NCBI GenBank assembly: GCA_020536535.1
Contig: JAHLWZ010000897.1
Location: forward strand, 1-54,454
Direction of reading: 5' to 3'
From: Pelomyxa schiedti
Lineage: Eukaryota; Protista; Evosea
DNA: 54,454 bases
Shown here: piece after piece, positions 1 through 16,334 of the stretch
Layout of the letters: each line of letters opens with the position of its first letter
Position numbering within the stretch: position 1 is the stretch's first letter
Notes under the pieces: model-generated
Told to the model about the DNA's origin: nothing
The model's database searches: none
What the model saw: the letters and a program-made list of their open reading frames with translations, nothing else
Translations under genes and position numbers: made by a program

Positions 1-531
1 TGATTAGTGTTTAATTGTTATTTGTTATTTTTTTCGTGGTTATTCAGAAACAAGCCCCGGTGGGTCTCGTGCCCCTCCCTCAGTTGCTAGCCCGAAATTG
101 TTTGTTATTGATTAACTGGCCAATCTCTGAGAAGAGGCCAGGAATGGGAGAGGTACTCCAGGGCCGTTTTCTCGCGGAGATACTCGTAGAGGAAGAAGAT
201 GCGATTGGCTGAGGTGAAAGTTGGCCCAGGACCAAACTGCCTGTTGGAGGAACCGAAAATCCCCGAGGCTCCTTCTCCTAAAAATAAAAATCGGTGCTGC
301 AACGCATCGGCACTTTTCCCCTGCCCACCCGGTCCATCCAAACCCATTTTTTGCCCACAGAACCACCAAGGGATCAACGAATTCTCCAACAACAAGAGAA
401 CAACCAACAGGGAATACAACTAAAACCAACCACCCTACCCCCAACAACTTCTTCAATAAGAAGTTCCCTATTGAGCCCGTTACATCGTCGTCGTCGTCGT
501 TTTCGTCATCTTCATCGTCATCGACATTCTG

Positions 532-3500
532 ATGTCATCGCCCCAGCAGCAGCCACACCTGCACGGCCCCGGCGGCGGGCCCCTCGTCACCCCGCCCTCC
601 CCCGTCCCCTCCTCCTCCAAGTCGCATTCCTCCTCTTCGCACTCGCACGGCAGCAAGCACCACGGCCACGACCGCGACAAGGGGAACACCACCACCACGG
701 GGGGGTGTAGCTCGTCTTCGCCGTCGTCGTCCCCCACGATGGGCAGCAGCCCCAGCCCCCACCACGTCCACCACCCGCCTCTTCCTCCTTCTCCATCCCC
801 CTCGCCCTCCCCATCCTTTTTCCCTGCCCCCCCCGCCCCGGTGCCCATCTCGGCCACCCTCACCGGGGGCACGGGGGCGGCCAATGTCGTGTACACCAAC
901 CCCGCGACGGTCCCGACAACCGGGGTTGTGCTGCTGGTGCAATCACAGCCACAGACACAGTCACAATCGCAGTCGCCATCGCAATCGCATTCGTCGCTGT
1001 CGTCGTCGTCGGGCACTATCACTAGCGGGGGCGGGCTGGGTGGTGTGAGCCAATCGACGAGGGAGTTGTCATCATCCGGGCCATTGCCATCATCACCTGC
1101 TACACCTGCTGCATCCACATCAACAACAACAACATCAACAACCACTACTACTACTGGTACTGGTTATGCAAATGGAAGCAGCAGTGGCAATAATGCAAGT
1201 GGTACTACAGGTTATGGTGGAATAGGTACTTCCGGTGCGGCGAAGAATGCTGTATTCGTATCTGGTGCACTGCCTTCAAAGGGGGCTCCTATATCGACTT
1301 CAGCGATTCTCAAGGCACTGGTGATGGGTGGTGCTGGAGGAATGGGTGTACTGACTCAAATAAGGCCTGTCTCTGTGTCTGGTTCGTCTACTACCACCAC
1401 AACTGCCACTGCACTGAGTTCTGACAATAATGATACCGCCTCGAGTACTGCGCTGCCGGGGTCTTCGGTGGCAAATTCCTCCGCTGCTGTGGATGTTCTG
1501 GAAGATGATCCTGATGATGTGGTGGATATTGTTACAAAGCCTGTATTGGTTGGTGCCCCTTTTAACAATTTTTTTAAAGGATTTATGAGTTTATAGTCAA
1601 GGCAAGCCTCAATCAAATTCCTGTTGCGCTCTATTTCCGGCCAAGGGCCTTTGGGTGACGCAAAGAGGTTCTTCATTGACAATTCTATAACACTTCTATG
1701 GTGCAAAGATTTACACACACACCCCGTTATGGTGAAAATATCTGATGATGGTAAAGTGGTACTCACACCACCTGAAGGTTTTTTCCCGAGAGCTCTTTCC
1801 TATTTTTACCACTTCGGTCCAGGTGTTCCTGGTGAGACTGAATACATCCGATCAGATGATATGGATGTAATTCCTGGTCAATATAATAAAATATTTGATC
1901 TTGTAAGAATGCGGGATCGCCTGGATTGTAGTTTCAGTTTATATTCCGCCATGTACCACTTCCCAATACTCGGTCCCCTTACTTGAGATAACAGTCACCT
2001 CCAGGCATTCCTATCATTTTGTTGCTCGCACAAAAGAGCAATGCGTATCAGTTGTGCAAACCCTCACAAAGCTAGCCAATGCCTCTCGCCCCCCACTTCC
2101 TGACGCCTACATTTTTGTTGAGAAGTTCTGGAGACAAGCAACAAAAACCTCCAATGTGATGTCATTTGACGAAACAAGAAAACTCCTTAAAGAAATGCGA
2201 GTTTCCACTACCAGAAAAACGAATTAATTTCTCTTCAGGAATTTCAAGCCCACCAAAAAGCTTCTGAGGCGCAGACTTCAGGTTTCCGTTTATCTACCTT
2301 TTCACGATGTCGATGTTGAGATTTATCTTTCACACTAGGAATACTTTGGAGATGAATCACCTCTTGGGATAAGCAAGTTCTGTGTTTTGATATATGCCTT
2401 GATGAAGCGTCAGGAGATCGAGGATATTTTCAATGGTCTAACCAAGTTAAGCTTCCTCAGCCTTAAAGATTTAATCGTGTTCCATTCCCGTGATCAGCAG
2501 GTTTATTCATCTTGTGCATTCGGTGCATTACCAAATTCAAAACTAGGAAAGTGGATTTAACTCCGCTGATGCAGCCCTAATTATGAAGCAATTTGGTAAT
2601 GTTGTAGAAGAGGACATGCCTACACCCACACCGGCCCCCACTTCCGCAAGGACTTCTGCTTCAATCTCCCAGGCTCCAAGTGCGCCCCACATGGAACTTC
2701 TACTCCACGGTTTTGAGTCCTACTTGTTGTCTCCAAAAAATCAACTCATGAAACCTGGGCACAACACCTTGCACCAAGTTCTCCATATTCCCTCCATAAA
2801 AGGAATGGCTAACTTTTTAAAGGACATGACTGCCCCCATCAACCATTATACAATTGCTGCCTGCGAAAAATTACCTTCCAGCGATTCTTACCTAATTTTA
2901 TTTCGATACAGCTGTGCTCGATATATAGAAGGTTCCTAAAAACACTTCCTTTTTTTGTTTTAAACCCGAAAAAGTTGAGGTACTTGATTCTGATGACCCT
3001 GCAACTGCAGTTCCAATGACACACTTCGGCAGATTCCAGGATTTCATTGGCCTTGTAGCTCATCACGCTTTCACAATTACTCAGTAGTAGTCATATCCCC
3101 TTTTCCTTTTTCATAACGGAATCTCTCAGATTCCCACTAATTCTAAATTTGATAATCAAATGCTCTGCCAAACATCAGGTAATAACTCTTTTAAGTATTT
3201 GGTATTCTGACTGTACACAACAGCTTAAGGCAGCAGAAATTTTAGAAAATACCCTTGGGACTACTCTTCCCCCAGCTCTTTGGAAGACCCACCCTGCACT
3301 TCGATTCTTACCCTCTCCTCATCAGTTACAAAACAACATCTTATTGATGGTATGGAATCTTTCTTTTGAAAGTTTTTTTTACAACCCCAGGGGGATTATG
3401 ACACCACAGAAAAAGCATTAGGAAATTTATTCTTTTTCCACAGTCACAGTTTTGACTCGTTTCAACAAATGAGTAACTGTTTCCTCATTTCATTTCTTGC

Positions 3501-5975
3501 CTTACACAGAGAAAGGCAAAAAAAAACCTTGGGACACCTTAGTTGTGACCAGCAAGAAGGCCAAAAAATTGGAACCTTCCCTTCTTTCGGAGTGAGTGTG
3601 CTCTTAAATGTGATAATATTAATCTGCCTCAGGATAAGCCGTACCTGCCTGACTATTGTCACCTATGTGAAGAAAAAAGGACCTTTAGCTACACCAAAAT
3701 GCAATCCGTCTGTAATGTGCACAAGGTTTCTTTTCTAATTTTATTAGATGCCCCTTCTGGTCCCAAGGAGCGTCCATAGTGTCTCTTGATTACTTTCATT
3801 TTGCCGACGTACTCAACGGTACTTTTTCAAAAACACTCATATCACTAAACGTACTAGGAATGTTTATGTTCAATGGACTGTGTGGGTACATAAAAAAGCC
3901 GTGGTTTTGCACCCGAGATGCATCTCAATTTGAGGAAGTGACACCAACTCCTTCAATTGAGACCAACATTGTTACCAATCTGTCTGTTGAAGTATGAACG
4001 ATTTCACCTCCATCCTCTTACCTGAGCCAGATTTTGAGCGCAAGGGCACTTCCAAGAATGTCCAGAAAAAGTGACCACACAGCTACACCACATGTTGAAT
4101 TAGAAGTATTTGGTGTCCCTCCAGATTGCAAAACGCAGAAAACCAAGCCCATTCGTATGTAGGAGCTTCCTTTTTTCCCCTCATTTTTATCAGGGAACAA
4201 CGGTTTTAATCCATCGTGGTACAAAAAGCAGGAGCCATTTACATTTCCTCTGGCAATGAGCCACTTTGCTGTATTACAAATTAGGTATCGTGGTGGTACA
4301 CTATGCACCTCACTCATGAATTCCAGAGTCATGGATGGAGATGAAATATTAGCACAATATGCACTACCCGTGAATAGTATTCGTCCTGGTAATCGAATTA
4401 TAAGACTTTCAATGCCAAACGGGAAAGGGGATTTACCCCCTCTATGTACACTCTTTGTCAGGTATTTTTCACTGTTGTATAAAAAGTCCCTCATGCACAA
4501 AAGAGTGAATCTTGATATCAATAAAGCCGCAAAAACTCCGAACCGTGATATTCTTAGCTCTTTGCCAATGGTACATTTCCTTTATTGTTGCATCCCTTAC
4601 ATAATCCCAGAGTGCAATTGCCATCGGGGAATCCACTCCCTGCGTTGCTACTGTTTTCAGTCCTGACAGTGATGACTTCTTACCCCAAACCCACACAAAT
4701 ATACTGTGTGCGCATAGTATCTCAACTTATCCTCTGGATTTAGAGACCCACCAGAAGGTATCGCAGCCGAGTTTCCCTTCACCCATCTTCTCATCACTTA
4801 GATGGGAAGCCCAATATGTGACTACTACTGCACCCACTTGTTTACAGATCACACTGTTTTCTCTCTCGCCGATGGATGTATGTAGGGAGCATCATTTACA
4901 TTATGGCATATACTTTTTTTTTTCTTTTTAGGTAACTGGGGAAAGGCTCCACGCTCAGCAGCTAAGAAGTCATGTTTGACGTTCGTAAAATTCGTTAATG
5001 AGCACATTACGTACGTTTTCCTGCAAACATCCACTTATTTACTGGAATACAGAGGCCAACGTCATGTTAAGGCAATTGGATCTCTCCTGGTGGATGCACT
5101 TATCGCCGCAAACAGAAGTATTTCTTCTGGCCTGCAGTTAACGTATGGCTAGTCCCAATACATCCGAATACTACTAACGGTTACAAGGGAAGACCCAGGA
5201 ACAACAACTTTCATTGGAGGTGTTGTTCTCCCCATACTGTCCGAGGAAAGTGCTTCCAGAGATGATTTCCAACCTAGTTGGAGTTGCATCCTGATTTCTC
5301 TGGGTGACTGCAAGGTTTATTTCCACAGATGTTTCCAGATATCACTGATCCTGGTTTTCCCAGGCGTTTTGCTATAAGCAAAACCAAGTGCTCACCGAAA
5401 TTGCTGCGAATAACACCTTCAGCAGGTTTTCTGCAGATGCAAGCGATCCTGGAGGGAGGCTGGGACCCTACATCGAGAATTCCAACCCCGACCTCAGGAA
5501 CTTGTATGTTACATGCTTTGACGTGCAACCTGGCGACATTATCATTCTTGTCAGGTGACCTACCCCCACTTATTTAGATAGGATTAAATTATCTGGCATT
5601 AGTCCACTAACGCGAGGTTTAGTGATGGCGTTCATGATAACTTGGATGCACATTCACTCAATGTCGAGCCGGGACATGTTGAGCCTCTACTCTTGGAGTA
5701 TTCAACATGGGATCAAGCACTCAAAGCTCTTCCTGAAGTGGCACAAGCTGCTCGCTCCAAATTTATGTAAGAGCCCAAAACGCAAATTTGCTATTTACTT
5801 GAGAATTCACCCCTTTCATATACACAAAAGGCTGACGAAAATGAAAGAAATCATCAGACCAGAAGCTGGAGTGTCCTGTAGTTCAATTGTAAATAACCTT
5901 CTACATCACTCCCATCAAATCACAGCCACCAGCAGGTATAGTACCGGCAATATCAACTCATTCAAAATTGTATAA
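532..5975 (+). CDS. Phosphoinositide phospholipase C-like protein (low-complexity N-terminus, PH, EF-hand-like, degenerate X/Y, C2, C-terminal extension); multi-exon
   Basis: Exon peptides DMTAPINHYTI (X-box start), FPLILNLIIKCS, PSPHQLQNNILLM, GMFMFNGLCGYIKKP (Y-box end), PHVELEVFGVPPDC and NNGFNPSWY (PLC-type C2). The 3' end is approximate and could belong to a separate gene. Confidence 0.8.
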
Positions 5976-6301
5976 TGGCAGCTTAAAACTTAAAATAGAT
6001 CAATTCTAAAATAGTGAGAGTGCCTACTTACCGGTACTCCAAACCAAAAAATAGGGATTTCATGGAGCAAAACCCACGGAAAAAGCTTGTACAGAATTAT
6101 GCTCTATACCCGGGAAAGCTAGACCACACTACTTGTGTTGCGTTTGTTGTGGGACCAGTCTCAAACGGTTTCCATCTCTAAAAATTACTGCAACAATTTA
6201 CACAAGTGCAGGGAGTTGAGTACAAAAAGAAGGAATTCTGCAACTTTTTCTTTATTGCACAGTTTTTACGTAAAAGAAGGTTTATAGTGTGTTATGTTTT
6301 T

Positions 6302-7533
6302 TCATTCCAAAGCAGTGTGGGGTATAAGATAGCTAAGATAGACATCCGGAGCACTAACAGCAATAACGGCGTAGGAATTCTTCTTCAGAACTGGAAGAAT
6401 CATTGGGAATGTGTAGTATGAGGAATGCACATACGGAGGTATTGGCTTGTGGGTGACACTGTGAAGGACTGAAGAGCTTTGCGGAGGTTTGCAATGTTCA
6501 CAGAGACTGCTGTGTGATCGGGTACGGAAGAGGGTGTTATCTTGTCGGTGAATACTGTTGTTGTATTTTATGTTACATTGTTGGAGTGGGTGTGGAAAGA
6601 AGAAAATTACGCAAATCAAGCTTCTGGTACCAAACTGTGGCACTTGCAGAGACCCCTCGCACCTGAAGGGCTAGTGCTCGACTGGAGAACCCGTGCATTG
6701 TGACACTCATGTTGGTTAGGTTTCTTAATCTCTCAACCACGGAATAAAGTGCTTTAAGCTCGGGTAGTGAAATTTGAATCTGAAGGAGTGTTATTTGATT
6801 TGCAAATTATGGAAGCTCACTTCGGGGTCTGTTATAATCGGCGGAGCAACTTCAAGGAGTTTAGTAGGCCTTAGAATAGTGACTTGAATGTCTTGCTGCG
6901 TTGCATTACCCTTGTGGAAGGTAAATTATTGTTTGAGTCAGCAAATTGTCTAGACATTCGGTGCGGCAGTAAGTCTCAGCATTGGTATTCCTCCATTTTT
7001 CATCAGCCGAAAGGTTAGTTGCTAAGGGGTGGTTATGAAGTTGGGTTTTTTTCCTCCCAGACATACTGGTGCAGCTTTGACATTTTGTATAGCTTTCTCA
7101 AGAAGGCGGACATTCAGTATCCAGCCAATCCTTTTGTCTTCTGTGACACCATCAATGATAAACTCCTCAAATAACCTAGACTGTGTGCTATTTAGTTAGT
7201 GTGAGACAAAACAAATACACATATATATATACACAGATACTAATGTTTATGTTGCTGTTGATTGATACATACGGTTGGGACTTCGCACCACACAGCCAGG
7301 GAGGTACTTGTCTCGACAGGAACAGTCATCATAAGCACCGTGGGTGTTATCATCATCGTGGCCATTTTCTTAACCTTGCCGACGCATCGGCACAGCTCTA
7401 TTATGGGTGAGGTGCGTGGTGGGTGTGGCACACAGGTGTCGATAGCTACGGTGCCTAGCCACACTACGACTTATGGGACAAAACAAGTACGTGACAGAAG
7501 CATGAAGTCCACTATTTGCGCACGGAACCGCAT
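6302..7533 (-). CDS. HUS1: Checkpoint clamp (9-1-1) subunit Hus1; multi-exon
   Basis: Starts MRFRAQIVDF. Exons SLAVWCEVP, LFEEFIIDGVTEDKRI, ISLPELKALYSVVERLRNL and the C-terminal DVYLSYLIP follow Hus1 motifs in order. Confidence 0.8.
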
Positions 7534-7600
7534 CCTTTCTTAGCTTCAACGTCGACTGTAGTGAAGTACAGAGTTAAAGAAGAGAAAAAAAAAAAGTATT

Positions 7601-7683
7601 CGACACCAGCAGGATTTGAACCTGCGCCTCCGATGGAGAATTGATTTCGAGTCAATCGCATTAGACCGCTCTGCCATGGTGTC
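7601..7683 (-). tRNA. tRNA-Ser (anticodon CGA)
   Basis: GACACCA/TGGTGTC acceptor stem, A-box TGGCAGAGCGG, anticodon arm ATTGA-CTCGAAA-TCAAT, long variable arm, T-arm GCAGGTTCAAATCCTGC, then a T-run terminator. Confidence 0.95.
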
Positions 7684-7782
7684 TTGAGGATGTGTGTCCT
7701 CTGGCTCCTCATGTCACCTAGAGCAGGTCAAGTTTTCTCCCAATTTTTGGGGTATTTTCTTTTTTTGTTTTTCTTTCCGCAA

Positions 7783-8210
7783 ATGACGACGGGGGCATCA
7801 GCTAGGTAAGCACTCGTACACACCATTGGGTTCTCATTGTGGGATGCAGTGACGCCGAGCCGCCAGCCTACGTAGTCGACGACAGTGGTAGCGTAGCAAC
7901 GGGCACCGAGGAGCACTCCCATAATAGCCACCACCACCGTCATCATCACCACGGCGATGACGCCGACACCTCCCACAATCCCGACTCTGGCTACGTGGGC
8001 AGTCACAACGACGTAGAGAAAAACCACGAGGAAGACACAGGCACTGACAACAAAGGCACGAAGAGGAGGAGGTGGCCGTTGTTGTACACACAGTATTTCG
8101 TGAGGGACGCACTGGGGTTCTTTATTCTGGGAACCATCAACAACATGGTCTATGTCATTATTAACTCTTCGGGTCAAAGCTTGTATGTAGCTTCTTTTTT
8201 CTTTTTTTTT

Positions 8211-8256
<46 letters not shown>

Positions 8257-10144
8257 TTTTGCTTTTTGCTAGGGTTTTTTCCCTTGTTGCTTTTAAAATG
8301 CACTCTCACTTTGGAGTTGGTGTCTAGGTGTAGCTATTTCAGGAAGGATGATTGGATTGGGGCTATTTTGTGGTGTAACATTGCGCTGGGATTTGTTGCA
8401 AGGCGTAAGTTAGCACTTGACTTATCTTTCCCCATTAACATGCACATTTTCTTTTTCCTCCCTGTAGTTGTAAACGCCTTTTTCCTGGAGAACACTTCCC
8501 ATGGTAAGCGGTTCATAGCATTTGGTGCCTCCACAATTGCAGGTCTGATGGCGTTGTAATAAACCACAAGCCAACTCCTTCTTTAGGCATACTCATGATG
8601 ATAATATCAATGTATGCTGACACTGACGGGCAGCACGACGGGTTTTTCATTCTATGTCTCATTGGTATCATATTTGCTGGAACTGCAAGCAGGCAAAAAT
8701 ATACACTCATACTTCATGTGCCCCGCGCACCCCTGGATTCGTTTCGTCTGCACACAACCAACCAACACAAGCAATTGATTTCCTTTATCCAGTTTTGGCG
8801 AAAGTGTTGCTCTAGGGTTTGCTATTCTACTACCCCTCAAACAAGACGGAATGGGTTGGGAATTGTGAGAATATTCACATAACTCTTCATTCTTCAGGTA
8901 TCTTAAACATGGATTCCCTCCTGAACTGGTTACTGCATGGTCATCTGGTACTGGTATGGCTGGAGTTGCTGGATCTGGAATCTACTTGATTCTCCAGGCA
9001 GTGGAACTGGATGACAGGTGCCCCAGAAATTTTGTTTGTTTCTTCTAATGCCCTCCAGATATACATTCATGGCTCTCTTGCCACTTCCTATTGTTTACAT
9101 CTTAATGTACTACCTGGTCATCAAAGTTCCAGATAAAAAACCTGCTCATCAAGATGAAAAGTCTCCTCTCCTTCAAGACCCACCAATAAATGGTTTCTTT
9201 CCAACTCATCTCTGAGATTATATTTGACTGAGAGCCAGAAGTTCCAGAGGATACAACTGAAACAAAGAAACAAAGAATCTGGAGGTGCTTTAAGCTGTCA
9301 CTCTACTATGCAACCCAGGTCACAGTTTATTTTTGCTTAATGTGATTGACCAAGACTAGCTTTTCCTGGTGTATATGTTTGAATATGTGGCGAGTACCGG
9401 TGCTGCTGATCGTTCACAAGATGTAGATTTCCACTACAGTGACAACTGGTTCATAGTCAATTCCTATGTCATTCTCGGGTTCTGTTACCAAGTAATTCGC
9501 ATTCCCTGGTTTCGTCTCTCAAAAACCCCTAGATTGGAGTTCTAATATCCAGATCGTCCCTGATTTTGATCAAAATCAAGTGGGTGGAAGTACTCACAAT
9601 TCTTCAAGGGATTAATGCTGTATTTTGGGTGCTACTTGCGGAGGTATTTCTTTACCAAGTAACTATCAACCCAACAAAATGCAGTTCAAATTCATGGAGG
9701 GGGATGTTTGGATTTGGGTGCAGTTTGTTCTAATGATTTACTGCGGACTGCTTGGCGGAGCCATGTACGTGAATGTTTTCTACCTCATTCTCCACGATGC
9801 CAAGTACCCTGACAAGGACCGGGAACTGTGTGCAAACATCACCATATTCGCACAGACAATCGGTAACCAATTCCCACATGCCCCATCACAAGCAAACCCT
9901 TCTATGGCATAAAACCCATTTATCGCTAAGTACCGTACACTTAGGAATCACCTGTGCATCATTGATTGACATCGTGTTTGATAACTTCCTGTGGCCGGAG
10001 CCTCTATACTACTCGTCTCTTAGTAACTCCACATCCATGTACCTTTCTGCATCCACATCATCAGCCGTGGGTACACTGCCTTGTGCACAATCCCTTGTAT
10101 TGTGCATGTCACTCGCTATTGGGGTCCTACACCTTCTACTCTAA
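7783..10144 (+). CDS. CLN3: Battenin / CLN3 family lysosomal membrane protein; multi-exon
   Basis: [48 protein letters not shown] and [13 protein letters not shown] are CLN3/Btn1 motifs; multiple hydrophobic segments. Confidence 0.9.
8195..8253 (+). repeat. Intronic poly-T tract (41 uninterrupted T at 8213-8253)
   Basis: Seen directly, inside a CLN3 intron. Confidence 0.9.
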
Positions 10145-10311
10145 CAAAGCAAAACAACATAAATTAAGAGACACAACTTTCTCTTGTGGATTAACTGGGT
10201 TGTATTTTTTTTGAAATGCATGACACATACAACTTTGGCTAGGCACAATAATACAAAACATGGAGGGGTATCTAGCTAGATGTGGTAATAGTACTTGTAC
10301 TATGTATGAAC

Positions 10312-12116
10312 TCAGGATTTTCCGCCGGGACCCGCAAGCTTTGATGGATGTGGTGTTTTGGCAATAACAACGGACCTCTGTTGTGATATTCCAATTCTGC
10401 CACCTTCTCCCTTCTTGTCTGTTGGTTTGAGAACCTTTTTGTGTTAGTTTCATCAGTTTTGCTGCGGTTGTTTGTACCTGGAAGGAACACATCAGTGTTT
10501 CGTCTACACTCATCATTGCACCGGCGTTGTCAAACTCGCCACAGTAGTTTGGCGCACTGAATATGGTAACAAGTTGCCTTCTGGCAAAGAATTCGTAGCC
10601 ATCCTCCACTACCTTCGTTGTTCGTTATGAAATGAAAAGAAAAGAAAAAAAAAGAGTGGAATACCTGATGGGCCCGACAAACGAGGTCAAGGTCATGTTT
10701 CTTGAGGAATTGTGCCACAATGTCACTACCGAAAACATAGCTTACTCCCCGGTCAGTATTTGCACCCCAGCCTTGTTTGCCCCTGTCAGGATCACTCCAT
10801 AGTAAATCACATAGAAGACCCGAGTTTGGTACGTCGGTGGGTCTCATTATCTGCCTCATATTGAATCTAGAGGAGTGTAAGGAGCGAACGTACACGCGTT
10901 ATTTGATCCATGGCTGAGAGATCAGGACTGAGTCCACCATGCATACAAAAGATCTTTTCGTCAACGATGGCTGCGATAGGGAGACAGTTGAAACAATCGG
11001 TGAATACTTTCCACAGTTTGATGGTGTATCTCCGTTTACCTTTTTGATAGTTAGTGGAAAAAGATTCTACATAACAGTTACATTCATCAAAGAACCCGTA
11101 AATCCTGTTGATTGAGGCACATTCATGGTTCCCTCTGAGAAGGAAGAAGTTTTCAGGGTATTTGATTTTGTAAGCAAGGAGAAGTGATATAGTTTCCAGT
11201 CCTTGTTTTCCTTATGTGGGTGAATATATATTTCCTCACATTTCTGAGAAACAGGTACCTCTGTCGACGTAGTCTCCTGTAGAAACGAGTTAAAAGTACG
11301 GAGTAAAAAGTGGAGTCATACCAAGAAACAAATAGTTTGATGTTGGGGGGAATCCTCCTTTCTCAAATAATCTAAAGAGGACTATGAAAATATATTCAGT
11401 AAGAGAAAATGACTCACTGAAGTAGGTCCGAAAATTGACCATGTATGTCACCTAGTTTTGTTTAATTGGTCACCGATTTACACCATTTTCAACAAACAAA
11501 CCCATGATTTTCAACGGGGCATCCAGTTCCAGCAAAGCAGGTTGCGACATGAAAATTTCTCTACTCTTCAAGCACAAATACCTGGCAGTGGTTCATGTTT
11601 GAAAATGAAAAAAGAAAACAAAAAAGAAAAAGAAAAAAAAGGAAAAGGAAAAGGAGGCTTGGAATTGACCCAGTGAAGTGATGTATATACTAACCTTATT
11701 TCATGCTCAGTCAAGTGCACAGGCTTTCCAGGCTTATTAGGCACAAACGACGACAGCCTCTGAATGATGCTGTCCACATCGACCTCTCCACTCTCGACTC
11801 CCATAAGTGTGCCGACCCCACTCCTCGTGGCCGTCCCGCTACTAGCCGCCGCGGCCGCGCTCGCCGGTTGCGCCGCCGCCGCCGGTGCCGCCGCGTCGCC
11901 CGAGCCCGACGACGGCGCGTCCGACGACGCCGAGGGCGGGGGCGGCGACAGCGGCCTCTTGGGCTTCGTGGCTGTCATTTCCTCGTCGTCGTCATCGTCG
12001 TCGGCGGCGGAAGACGACTGCGGGGGTGGGGGAGACGGCGCCCTGCGCCCCGGCGACGCCGCCGCTGCTGCTGTGGTTGTAGGATCCGCGGTGGTGCTGC
12101 TGCTGCTGTCTGTCAT
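10312..12116 (-). CDS. PPP1C: Ser/Thr protein phosphatase PP1 catalytic subunit with N-terminal low-complexity extension; multi-exon
   Basis: [40 protein letters not shown] and the PP1 signature [14 protein letters not shown]. Confidence 0.95.
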
Positions 12117-12315
12117 TTCCTTTTTTGATCGGATCTCGGATGGGCTGCGGTTGTTTGAGGTGTCGCCTGCAGCGGTAGCACGACGTCACCACCAACGAAA
12201 AAAAAATTCGTTTTCTGAGCAGGCACTTTTCGCCGTTAGTGGAAACGAGAAAAAACCAAAGAGCGAGAAATGAGCAAAGGGAATTTGTGTTTGTGGGCGC
12301 CACATCGGGGTAGTG

Positions 12316-15668
<3,353 letters not shown>

Positions 15669-16334
15669 TCAAAATGCCTTTTGCCTTGTTTGTTTGTTTT
15701 TTTCCTGTTGTCACACTCTGTATATTGTTGATGGATGTGGGGGGGGTGGTTCTACAGTTATCGGCGGGACAAATTAGACACACTCAATCAATCGGGACAA
15801 AGTCGGTTCCACGACTACGTTGAAAAAAATTCTATTAAAAAAAAAACCACGAAAATGAGAGGCAAAGAATGGAGAACCCAGACCCCAACTAACCTTTTTT
15901 TTTGTTTGCTCCTCCTATATTTTTGTATTACACTCTCCACTCACAACAACAACACCGGATCTACGTGCGTGTGTTGGTTGTTGTTGCTGTTGCTGCGTAG
16001 TTGTTTGGTTGGTGTCGCGTGGTGGCGTATCGTCACGCGTTGGATTTTTTTTTTCCCGGGTTTTCTTTTTGGCAGGTGCTTGTTGGTTTGTTTTCTCGGT
16101 TTCTCGTTTGTGCGTTCAATGAAAAAGCGAAATGTTGTTCTTTCTTTTTCAAACAAACGTGATGGTGATGGCGGGCAGTGATGCCTCATCTGCTATTTGG
16201 TGTTGTTTCATTTGTTAGTTGGGGGGGTGTTGCTCCCTCAAAGGTAGATGTAGTTGAGTGAGCCCATGGGGGGTGTGTTTGTGGTTGGAGTACAGTTAGT
16301 ACTTCTTGTTGGTAGGGTGGAAGCTTGGTGGGGT

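Noticed and set aside
480-1145. Long antisense and alternative-frame ORFs over GC-rich first exons (also 11703-12273, 18886-19708, 36636-37410, 40357-41061)
   Set aside because: Shadow ORFs of low-complexity or repeat coding sequence, with no independent motifs.
7728-8309. Poly-Lys / poly-Phe ORFs
   Set aside because: Artefacts of translating the intronic poly-T tract.
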